From contig CM097888.1 in the NCBI GenBank assembly GCA_044892525.1, positions 4,154,001 to 4,218,000 of the forward strand: 64,000 bases of DNA, read 5' to 3'. Below, piece by piece: positions 52,349-62,595 of this stretch. Position 1 is the stretch's first letter; the number at the start of each line of letters is the position of its first letter. The position numbers and the translations under genes are program-made. The notes under the pieces were generated by a model. The model was not told the DNA's origin and did not search any database. It was given only the letters and a program-made list of their open reading frames with translations. The DNA comes from Schmidtea polychroa. Its lineage: Eukaryota.

Positions 52349-52759
52349 TTAAGCGCTGGCCCCTGGTGGGCTTCTTTGGCGTTCCACGCTGCGGTGAATG
52401 GCGGCTGTTCGTTCTGGGTAGCACTGCAACCGGTGATACCCACTTATGTCCTCCAGCTCGCCGGCCAGAGTTTTGTTTTCGAGCCTTTGTAATCGATTTA
52501 AGGCCGTCTTGATGTCCTCGCACGCTTCTGTCAGGGCTAGGCAGGTGGTGATGAGGAAAGGTTCTACCTTCGGGGTCACAAGAACCACATTCTGGTAGGT
52601 CCAGTCGTGGATTCGATACTATATCCACCGGGACCTCAGTCGGGTGACTTCATCTCGGCCCAATCTGGTGGATTCTTCTGCCTCCTCTTGTGTTGTTCTG
52701 AGCCCCGATGCAGATGCCAAGGGGCCCGCTTGTCCGTCTCCTTGTCTGGTGTTAGGCAT
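52349..52759 (-). other. GC-rich ORF relic, probably the 5' ORF of an unrelated TE
   Basis: Markedly GC-richer than its flanks. MPNTRQ..RWI*YRIHDW..ERQRSPPGASA* has one in-frame stop. Family not recognised. Confidence 0.35.
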
Positions 52760-53100
52760 GGCTGTGATGATAAGAGAAATATTAAATCGAATCTTTGTTT
52801 ATCCATCTGGGTTCGCTTACCCCAGGACGTTTAAACGCACAGTTACATTTTAAATTCAAGCATGATACGCATTCATCCAACATGCAATGATTTTTTGTAT
52901 TTAAGGTGGATTTAAATTACTAATTAATTTCCGTATTTGATTTTTCGATTTAACTTAAGAGATTAGTTTGGGGATTACTAAATTAAGGATTAATAAATTT
53001 AGGTTTAACGAATTAAGAATGGAAAAATTAAAATTTCGTAAATTGAATTTGAGATCGCATATTCAAATGACTCTTGTTTAACTAATTCAAAAGTTTAACT

Positions 53101-53417
53101 TGTTACTTTAAAGTATAAACATTATGTTGAGGATACCTAAATAAAATTACCTGGGGGAAGATCGCAGTTTAGAAACCAATCAGTGATTGTGATCTTTTAA
53201 TCCGGTGTTATACACAAGTGCTATTCCTCACCGAGTGTTGTAATAAGCATTGTATAGTCACCAAGTAGAGTGTTGAATTTATCGTCCGTGTCAAGTGAAA
53301 GTTTGTTTGTGATTATCAATAAAGATTTCTGTTGTCAAGTGTTATTTGTGAATTATATAAAGACACACTTGGAGTCAGAGTAACATTAAATTTTATCACC
53401 AACTCAATAACACAACA
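53101..53417 (+). repeat. Candidate 5' LTR (left boundary uncertain)
   Basis: Ends ..CACAACA five nt before the PBS. AATAAA at ~53318. The TG start at 53101 is a guess because the 3' LTR is not in the window. Confidence 0.45.
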
Positions 53418-53422
53418 TATTT

Positions 53423-53440
53423 TGGTGAGCCCAGCGTGAT
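53423..53440 (+). promoter_or_regulatory. Primer binding site, tRNA-Trp type
   Basis: TGGTGAGCCCAGCGTGAT. Its reverse complement ATCACGCTGGGCTCACCA fits the tRNA-Trp 3' end pattern (ATCACGTCGGGGTCACCA) with 3 differences. Confidence 0.7.
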
Positions 53441-53625
53441 CAAAAGTTGGTGAAGAGATTGTGAAAATAAAGTGTGGTAAATTGAAATTATTAAAGTGAT
53501 TTTGGAAAGGTAAATTGTTTATTGTAATAATAATTTGAGATTTAGATTTTGTGTAATTTGAAAAGAAATAATTTATTAAAGTGAAACGATATTATTTACG
53601 AAGCCAGAGTAAAAAGGAAGCCATA

Positions 53626-55574
53626 ATGAGCAGTGAAGATTTACCAGTTTCAGTTATTAAAGAAAATAATGATTTTGCCAGTTGTCAAAGATTGCCACTA
53701 GAGCAATATGGAGGAGATCCAATTATATTTGTTGATTTTATGAGCGATTACTATATGTATGCAACGGCTTATGGATGGTCTCACGCAATCATGAGGTTTG
53801 GCAACAAATCGACAGGAAAACAATCGGCAATGATTGGGCCAAATTAAAAGATGCATTGGCTGCTAAACTTATTGGAGGAGATATAAAGAGATTAATGCGT
53901 CAGAAATTTTATAATAGAGTTCAAAATCCAAATGAAACAGTGAGCGAATTTGCTTATCATTTATCGACTCTTGTCAGCAAATTCTTTGAAGAAGATTCGA
54001 AACAACCAGGATTAGCCCAACAGATGCAGGAACTGATTCAAGATCAATTTTTGTCCGGAGTAAATAAAGAAATAAAAACGGCATTATGTTTTGTAGAGTA
54101 TGACAATTTCGATGAACTAGTTAAAAAAGCAATGAAAATCGAATTGAACCTAAAGAGCTCTAAAAATAAATCTGAGGTATTTGCAATAATTCCAGTACAA
54201 AGAGAGAGATCAGTAACCCCAACCCAAGGCAATTTGGAATCAGGAAATAGATTTCAACGATCAAAGAGTCCATCACCTAAATGGAGAAACGATAATAATA
54301 TGAACAGAGCAAGCCAAAATTCACCCGGCACTGAGAGAGCTAAAGTTATTCCACTTGATATTTGTAAGAAAATTAGCCATTATACAAATCAGTGTTGGTT
54401 TAAAAATAATTCTGAAAGAGTACCCAGGAGATTGAGTCCAGATTGGCAAAGAGATAATAGAGGAACGAATTTTCGGAGAGCAATTCCTAATGTGAAGTCA
54501 AATTTTAATGAAGTACAATGTTATCGCTGTGGTGAAAAAGGACATGTTTCTAGAAATTGTTTTTCAAGATCAAGATCACCATCAATGTCACCATCACCAC
54601 AAAGAGATAATGTGAATTTAAATGGACAAATTCAATGTCATTTATGCAGAAATTATGGGCATATTGCAAGATCTTGTCCCAGGAATTCCGATAAATTTCA
54701 AAGACCAATTTTGAAACGAACGATTAGATTTCAGGAAGAAAGCCACTCAAAGAATAATGTTGCTTATGTTCAGAAAGATAAATTTAGAGAAAAAATTGAG
54801 AACGATGTCAAACAATTGAATCAAAAATTGAATAAATTGATGGCGAAATTTGAATCAGATGAAGAAACAGATTCTCATATGATGACAAGACGAAAATTGA
54901 AGACAGATGAATCCAAACTTGATGATGTTACAAGAAACCGAGTTAAAACGGATATGCAAAGTGAAAAGAGTACAATACTTATTGCTAAGGTCAGAAAATT
55001 AGTAACAGAACCTGATGCGAATTCTCAGAAATTGACGGAAGTATTGATGAAGCTAACGGAAATACCGTTGAGTTTAACCAAAATTAAAACTGTTATTAAA
55101 CTGTGTACCGAATGTTATGCAGCAAGTGTGGAAAAGCGAGATGTATTTGAAAAGTATATGAAAGAATTTGGCCAAACTCCACGAAAAATCAAATGGTTAG
55201 ACCCGATATTTATTAAAACAAATACATTAGATGACACCAAATCCGAGTATCAAGTTGAAGCATACGGAAAAATACGCGAGTTGAAAAGAGAAATAATGCA
55301 CAAATGTGAAGTTTGGGCAGTAGAACTTAGATTTATGAATCGAGTGTTGGAAGACGACGAATTTTTGATAGATTGTGGATTGATCTCCGGCGTTGAAAAT
55401 GAGATACAAATAGTGAGCATGATTGCCAATGTAAAACCAGTCAAATATGATGTCAATAAAATTAAATTTGAATTAAATGAAGCATTGATCAATGGAGATA
55501 CAGGTGATATTATTGATAAATTAAATAATATTTTGAATTTAGAATATGAAGTGCAAGATAAATTAAAAATTTAG
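53626..55574 (+). pseudogene. Gag (capsid-like, RS/SP-rich, CCHC knuckles) extended by a helical region and ubiquitin-like domain 1
   Basis: EQYGGDP..F..Y..YATAYGWS, frameshift ~53790, W..LKDAL..F..RVQNPNETVSEFA..L..DQFLSGV. Knuckles CYRCGEKGHVSRNC and CHLCRNYGHIARSC. C-terminal IFIKT..LRFMNRVLEDDEFLIDCG. Confidence 0.85.
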
Positions 55575-55618
55575 ATTGTGTCAGACCCTATGTAAATTAT
55601 GATAATAAATATAGTGAA

Positions 55619-55960
55619 ATGATAAAAAAGCTTATTCGTAAATTTGGACAAGAATTTAGAGAAAAAGGAGTTTATATTGAGCCATTCGTAATAATGTTAA
55701 AAATAAATGATCCAGAAGTGGAATGTACCAACGAGCATTGGTGTACGAAAGTGAGTAAAATACGACGGAGAGCAGCAGAAATTATGGGCAGTGATGGAAT
55801 AATTGTATTGACATACAAAGGTTTTGAGTTAGATGATGATGAGTACTTATTTGATTGTGGCTGTGTACCACGAAAATTTGATGAAAATGGATCTTTGGCG
55901 AATCAGGAAACGTTTATTAATGATTTATTAATGAAATTTAGTTGCGATGAAACAATTTGA
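55619..55960 (+). CDS. Ubiquitin-like domain 2 ORF of the retroelement
   Basis: KVSKIRRRAAEIMG..LTYKGFELDDDEYLFDCG resembles ubiquitin LIFAGKQLEDGRTLSDYN and UBL1. The frame is open back to 55562. Confidence 0.6.
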   Translation: MIKKLIRKFGQEFREKGVYIEPFVIMLKINDPEVECTNEHWCTKVSKIRRRAAEIMGSDGIIVLTYKGFELDDDEYLFDCGCVPRKFDENGSLANQETFINDLLMKFSCDETI

Positions 55961-56804
55961 ATCAAAGGAAGTAGAAAGCTTTAAAATGGAATTACCAAAC
56001 TGGGAAAATGAGATAATGAGTAATGATGATGAGATGCACGATGAACAAGAAATGAAAAGAGATGTAATATTAAATGAAACTGGAGAGATTATTGTTAAAA
56101 ATGAGATGAAGACTGAAGAAGATGAAATAGAAAATGAAGCGGAGCAGATTATTGTTGAGAATGAAATGAGAACTGAAGTTAAAAATGAGGCATATATGAC
56201 CAAGATGACGATTGATAATGATATTAAAGAAAAACAATGCAGAAATTTGTATGAAATAAGATGTCAAATAATACAGATATTTCAAGAGGAGAAAGATCAG
56301 AAAGACTCAAAGGAAACTGAGAAAATTGTACTTGCTCTAGTAAACGAATTATATGGTGAATCAACAGAGAGAATACAAGTTGAGAAATATGTGAGAAAAA
56401 TCGCAGAGAAAGTTAAAAAGAGATTTTGTGTAGTGTTAAAACAAGCAAAAGAAAGTATGGAATTTTGCGATGATAATGTGATAACTGAGATGATGACAAG
56501 GAAAATAGATAGAGATATGGTATTAACAATTATGAGTTATATTTTGTTAGAAATCGGAACCTATGATTGCTCAGATATGGAAAATCAAGAGGAAATAATT
56601 AAAACGGCGAGTAAAGTTTTACATAAACATGTTGGCGAATGGATAAAAGAGAATGGCGGTTGGGAAAAGCTGATTAAACAAAAAATAAAACCAGTTGTGG
56701 AATTGAGAGAAAATTATGAAGAGGTCTTGCAACGAAACACCATGAAATTTCCATTTTTAATGTTTATGATTATGATATTATTACAACTCAAACGACGTCT
56801 TTAA
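55947..56804 (+). CDS. Acidic N-terminus plus Bcl-2-like domain with C-terminal hydrophobic segment
   Basis: BH2 WIKENGGWEKL (56640-56672), BH3-like VRKIAEKVKKRF, divergent BH1 position EMMTRKIDRDMVLTIMSY, then FPFLMFMIMILL. Confidence 0.7.
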   Translation: MKQFESKEVESFKMELPNWENEIMSNDDEMHDEQEMKRDVILNETGEIIVKNEMKTEEDEIENEAEQIIVENEMRTEVKNEAYMTKMTIDNDIKEKQCRNLYEIRCQIIQIFQEEKDQKDSKETEKIVLALVNELYGESTERIQVEKYVRKIAEKVKKRFCVVLKQAKESMEFCDDNVITEMMTRKIDRDMVLTIMSYILLEIGTYDCSDMENQEEIIKTASKVLHKHVGEWIKENGGWEKLIKQKIKPVVELRENYEEVLQRNTMKFPFLMFMIMILLQLKRRL

Positions 56805-58839
56805 TCGCTTACGACTGTTCTCAAACAAAAATGGGAAAGGTATATTCGATGGTAGATATGACAGAATGTCCAGATGCACATCCACTGAGTTTAACAGTGG
56901 AAAAGGATGTAAAATATTATGTATATCAAGAGTCTGGATTTAGACATGCCACGGTGAGAGAGTGTATTGTGAAGAGAACAAGTTTTGTATTCTATTGTGG
57001 CAAATGGAGTCACACATCATTAATAAAAATGTATGCAATACCAAGGCCAGTTGATGTAAATCCAGAAAATTGCATGGCTGCATTCCAGAACGGAGAACTG
57101 AAAATAAGTCCCGAAATTAAATTGAAGGCGAATTGAATCATGCAATACGAGAAACGATTATTGAAAAAGTGGTGATAAAGGCCAATGGTGATTGTGAAGG
57201 CGAACCATACAAAATGAATGGGCAAATTATTGACAAAGTTGTTGTGATGGAGGAATATTTAACAGAATTGAGAGAATTTAAAGGAGCTTTTGACGATGAT
57301 ACAGGCAAATTACAAACTCATCCATTCTGTAATATGAAACAGACCAGTTGTCAAACAGGAAAATCGATTTTGGTATATGAAGTAAAGACAAATTTGTGTA
57401 ACTTGATACATTTGAAATCAATGAGTTTCAATGAAATGAGTGGCGAACAATTGAGAGATAGACCGGAAAGTTTGAATGTGGAAGCAAAGCCGGATATGAC
57501 AGTTAAAATTACGCGATTGAGAAAGAGAAAAACTCCAGTAGTTCTGATGTCAACTTTATTGGACGATGGGATGAGATTCATACGAAAACGAGTAGTGGAT
57601 AAGTGCGGCCAAACGGTGTATGAGACAAATTATAAAGGGATTTATGTGTCCAAGAAAAGAGTCGAGGAAGCTCAAATGAAAATACATAGTACAGATATTA
57701 AATTGACAAATTATTTCAATAACAAAATAGATTATCTATTCCATTACAGCCAAAGCATTGTGGAAAATATTTATCGAGAAATGATATTAAACGATTGTAA
57801 ATTAAACAAAGAAATATTACGAAATAGAATGGCGATGGCGGTCACAAATCCGAATTTAGTAGCACCTATGTTAATATCGGAAAACGGTGTATTTGCAAGG
57901 ATATTTGGTGAAGCGTTGTATAGCTATAAATGCAATAAGATTTCCGTACAAATTATAAAACACGAACAATGCACAAATGAATTACCAGTGAGTGTCAATG
58001 GTAAACTCAGATTTATGGAACCAATAACTCGGATATTGTTAGAGGAAGACGTAAAACCAAAGGTTTTAAAATGCAACAGATTACTCGCACCATTATATCG
58101 ATTAACACCAGATTCATGGATATCGTTACCAGATCACAAAGGAGTAAAAACTCCAGAAAAGCTCGAATTAACAAAGCTTGAGTATTTAATAAATTTCACA
58201 TCATTGGATAAATTAGCACAAACCGGATTGTATTCTCAAGAAGATGTTGAGGAAGCTAGAATGAATTTGTTATTTCCATCGAAAAAGGAACGAGTAATAA
58301 CTGAAATGATTGATACTATACTACCAGGAGGTGAAGGAAAAGTAAACTATGATTATCTATTAACACCAGATTATTATAAAAAGGCAACGTATAATACGAT
58401 GAAAAAGATATGGGGAAAATTTATGTTTTTAGGACAAGCGTGTGCGGGATTGATTGGAATTTATGTTATGATAGTGATGACAAAGGTAATAATATCTCAA
58501 ATATTAACTACACACCAATTATATGTTATATCTGGTTGGTCATGGAAATTGATTATTGGATGCATACCGTTCTTGGCCAGATTTCTGATTACCAAGCATC
58601 AATACAAAGAAATGGGGAAAGTAAAATCACGATTAACTAACAATAAAAGAAATATTGATTCAAGTTCGAGTAATGAAAGTGGAGATGGGGATAATGATAA
58701 TGATAAACCAAGAGTACCCCCTATGTATTATTATAAAAATAATAAAACAAAAATAAATGATATAAAGGAAAAATCTAAATCTATGAGTTTATTACATACA
58801 GTACCACAGGCAAGTGGAACAGACACTTTCAGTCGATAA
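56742..58839 (+). pseudogene. Chuvirus-like / herpes gB-like (class III) envelope glycoprotein with two 1-nt frameshifts
   Basis: Signal MKFPFLMFMIMIL, then (frameshift) TSLIAYDC, CGKWSH, GDCEG, YFNNKIDY, DCKLNKEIL, GEALYSYKC, CTNELPV, FMEPITRIL, GLYS.EDVE, C-terminal TM and GWS. Frameshifts at ~56782 and ~57132. Confidence 0.8.
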
Positions 58840-58881
58840 TGTATTCCAAAAACTTTTATTCCAACAGCAGCAATATATCCA

Positions 58882-59901
58882 ATGGAAAAACTAAAGGAAA
58901 TGAGGCCAATTGAGAATATTGAATTAACAAATGAGCAAATTATACCGACAAGTGCAGAAATTGAAAGGAGAAATATGCTGGGATTACCAGGAAATTATGC
59001 GCTAATGACAGTCGGAAACAGAGGCAGACAACCAAGAATATGGGTACAAGTAAATAAACATAGAGTTGAAGCATTTTTAGATTCAGGTTCGAGTAATACG
59101 ATATTATCAGACGAAGTGTTGAATTCAGCTGAGAAAGCACAAATGAAAAGTACAGAAGAAGTGGTACGATCAATGACGAAAAACAAACTAAATATTATTG
59201 GGCAGATTAGAGTCAAGTTCAATATTGGAAATCAGGAAATTGCTCATGATATTCTAATAATGCAAAATTGTCCAGTGGAATGCTTAGTGGGTATGGATGT
59301 TTTAGCACAGCTAGAAGGAGTTTGTCTTGATTTGAAAACGGGAAATTTGATTATGGGAGAAACGGGGAAAGCCATTCATGAAACAGGAGACGTGTTTCTA
59401 AACCAAACATTAAGAGTTCCACCTCAAAGTAAAGTTATTTGTTATGTGAATACAATGGGAGTTCCAGATGATGAATTTATATTTCAACCAAGTGAAACAT
59501 TAATCGAAAAGTATGATATCCCCATGTGCGACGAACTAGTAAAAGTCCAAGAGCAATTAATTCCCGTTTATATTACCAACAATAATGATAAAGAAATAGC
59601 ATTAGGACCAAAAACGAAATTGGGAAAGTTGACAAAAATCTTAAAAATGGACAATAAAAGATTACCGAAAAATATAAAAATATACAAAGAACCTCAAGTA
59701 AACAGTAAAGATTTGACCCAAGAACAAATACAAACATTTATGAAATTATTGAGAAAATATCAAGACGTCTTTGCAAATCATGAATATGATCTAGGAGTTA
59801 CTCATGTAATTGAGCACGAAATTCCATTAATGGATGAAACTCCAATTAAACTACGACCATACAGAATTCCTTATGCACATCAAGAGGAAAGTGATAGATA
59901 A
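58882..59901 (+). CDS. Retropepsin protease, linker and RT N-terminus (pol part 1)
   Basis: VEAFLDSGSSNTIL, CLVGMDVL, LLRKYQDVF..DLG..IEHEI..PIKLRPYRIP. Same frame as the G ORF and as 59911. Confidence 0.92.
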   Translation: MEKLKEMRPIENIELTNEQIIPTSAEIERRNMLGLPGNYALMTVGNRGRQPRIWVQVNKHRVEAFLDSGSSNTILSDEVLNSAEKAQMKSTEEVVRSMTKNKLNIIGQIRVKFNIGNQEIAHDILIMQNCPVECLVGMDVLAQLEGVCLDLKTGNLIMGETGKAIHETGDVFLNQTLRVPPQSKVICYVNTMGVPDDEFIFQPSETLIEKYDIPMCDELVKVQEQLIPVYITNNNDKEIALGPKTKLGKLTKILKMDNKRLPKNIKIYKEPQVNSKDLTQEQIQTFMKLLRKYQDVFANHEYDLGVTHVIEHEIPLMDETPIKLRPYRIPYAHQEESDR

Positions 59902-59910
59902 ATAAAGGAT

Positions 59911-61150
59911 ATGAAGGATTTCAATATCATCAGAGACAGTTTTTCACCATTTTCTTCATCCATTGTTGTTGTTAAGAAAAAAGACGGTGAAATAAGATTT
60001 TGTATCGATTATCGAAAACTGAACCAAGTTACAAGAAAGGATACATATCCAATCCCAGTTACTCAGGAAATGTTCGACAAAATGGGAGAAGCTCAATATT
60101 TTACTGTTATTGATTTAAATAAAGGGTATAATCAATTCAAATATCATGATGGAGCATTGGGTGGACATTTATCAGCAAGAAAAACAATGTCACGATTAAA
60201 ACTAAAGTATTTTTGGAATACAATGGACCAAGATGTAAAGCATTGGTGTAATACGTGCAAAATTTGTCTAACTCGAAAGAATACAGGAAAGAAAATAAAA
60301 GTCCCACTAAAACCAATGCCAATACCAGCAGCGCCAATGGAATTTTCAGCAATGGATATTATCGGGCCCTTACCCGAAACTACAAATGGAAATAAATATA
60401 TTATTGTATTTTGTGATTATTTAACAAAATGGCCAGAGGCGTACGCAATACCAAATCAAAAAGCGGAAACAGTTGCTCAAATATTTGTCGAAAAGATTAT
60501 ATTCAGATATGGTGCTCCAAAGAAATTGTTAACAGATCAAGGAACAAATTTTGAAAGTGATTTATTTAAATCTATTACCGAATTATTTGGTATTTATAAA
60601 TTAAATACATCACCATATCACCCGCAAACTGACGGGCTAGTAGAAAGATTTAATGGTACTTTAATCAATATGATTGGGACTTATTTATCAAACCATGTCT
60701 GTTTGCCTATCGAAATGCAGTTAACGAGAGTACGGGTGAAACACCTTTTTATTTAATGTATTTGAGACGAAACAATATGCCAATTGACCTGAAATTTCAA
60801 CCCCCAACGTCTCAATATATGGACGTTCCAAATTATAAAGTAATAATGCAAGAACGATTACAATCTGCATGGACTCGTGCGGGGTTAAAAATTAAGTATC
60901 GTCAGGAACAATATAAAGAAAACTATGACAAAAAGGCGCATGAGCACGGAATAAAAGTCGGAGATTCAGTATATTTAAATAGGCCAGAGCCAGTAAAGGG
61001 CCTATCAACAAAATTACAAAGACCATTCAAGGGTCCATACACAGTGTGTGATGTTACAGCAACTAATTTGAAGTTACGTCCAATGAATAACAAAAGAGCA
61101 GAAACAATTATAGTTCATGCCAATCGATGTAAGAAAGTATCCGAAATAGA
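59911..61150 (+). pseudogene. Truncated RT fused in-frame to integrase (most of RT and all of RNase H deleted)
   Basis: SPFSSSIVVVKKKDGEIRFCIDYRKLN..IDLNKGYNQ joined directly to HDGALGGH..C..C (HHCC). Core MDIIGPL / TDQGTNF / GLVERFNGTL. Frameshift ~60700, then GPY/F motif RPFKGPY. Confidence 0.93.
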
Positions 61151-61238
61151 GTATCAATTACGATCAAAACAAAAGAAACTTAATGATGAAAAAATTATTC
61201 AACAAAAATTTCATAAAAACCCTACGCCATTGGGATAT

Positions 61239-62408
61239 ATGAACAGAGTTTTATTTATAACTACAGTCTTAATAAATATCATAGCAAATGCAAGTGGAAT
61301 AACAATGAATCTACCATATGCAGTAGAAAGAGTACCCTTATTGGATAAAATTTATATATATTCAACATTTACTAGTATTGAGTGTGAAATATCAGAACAA
61401 ATAGAAGTTAGTAATTTATTGAACCCTTTCGAACCATCTGTTACGTTGAATTATGAGAAAAGCATATATGTAGCTCGTCGATTGACAGCAAATTACAAAT
61501 ATCCTTGGACCATTAAACGATATACGCATTAAACAAATACTACTCAAAATATTTATAACCTTATACAAATTAACATTTGGACAAATGAATGGAGAAATTT
61601 AGTTGAAATTGAACCAATGATAAATGAAATTCACGTATATTGGAAAGCGGAAGAGCAACAGAAACTCAGAATTGTTTTTCAAAACATTACGATTGAAACA
61701 TTAAATAAAAGAAAATCTTTTGTTAAATACAAAAATTTACAAGAAAATCTCACTTACAGTCTTTCAATACATTATTACGAGAAACTCATTCATGACAATG
61801 GGACGTATATGAATAATCAATGGATAGAAGTGCAGAGTCAATATGAAGCAGTACACTTGGTTAACGAAACTAATCGAGTTCAAATAAAAATTGAGAACAA
61901 TGAAATAATTGTGTTACCCCAACCAGGCCTCAGACAAAGGGTAAATATTTTTGTAAATAATAAAATTCAGGTGGTGTTAGACGAATACCAACAAAGAGCA
62001 AAGTTGAGTACCTTGAACTCAGTATCTAATCCGAAACCAAGAAATTTCATGATCAAAATTCAATATTGCAAGCGAAAAGCGAACTCAGATCAATGGCAAG
62101 TCACTTTCATTGAAAATAGACATATTCATCTTCCTCATACTCAAACCATTGGAGAAATAATAAGTGATCATAATCTAACATTAACCGTAAAACCCTCATG
62201 GTCAAAAAACGAAAGCTTTTCACTAAACTGTAAAGAAAAATCATCTCATAACAATTGTGTCGAATTGCTATTCATATGTATCATTGTGGCAATACCAAGC
62301 GGTATCTTACTCATCTACATTGTTCTAATCTTGAGAAGTAATGACAATGACAATTCTATCTGCGACTATCAATATTCTGAGCCGCAGCAGTTAGAGACAT
62401 GGGTGTAG
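61239..62408 (+). pseudogene. Type I membrane glycoprotein with FN3-like segment (one in-frame stop at 61530-61532)
   Basis: Signal-like MNRVLFITTVLINIIANASG, multiple N-x-S/T sites, HVYW..KNLQENLTYSLSIH (FN3-like), TM LLFICIIVAIPSGILLIYIVLIL, and tail ending ETWV*. Confidence 0.6.
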
Positions 62409-62595
62409 TAAGATATGATTTCATTGCATGCTATTGATATCGTAGAGTATTTCTTTCTTTCATACCTTTTATAATTACATAAAAATGACTAATAGTGATC
62501 TTGTATTGTGATTATTCGTGATCTAAAATTAAATTAACCAAGGAATTAACCAATCAAATTACTGTAATTTGATTGGTTAAACGATTGCACTACTG

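Noticed and set aside
56775-57140. Programmed -1 frameshift sites within the glycoprotein
   Set aside because: No X XXY YYZ slippery heptamer at ~56782 or ~57132, so decay or sequence error is more likely.
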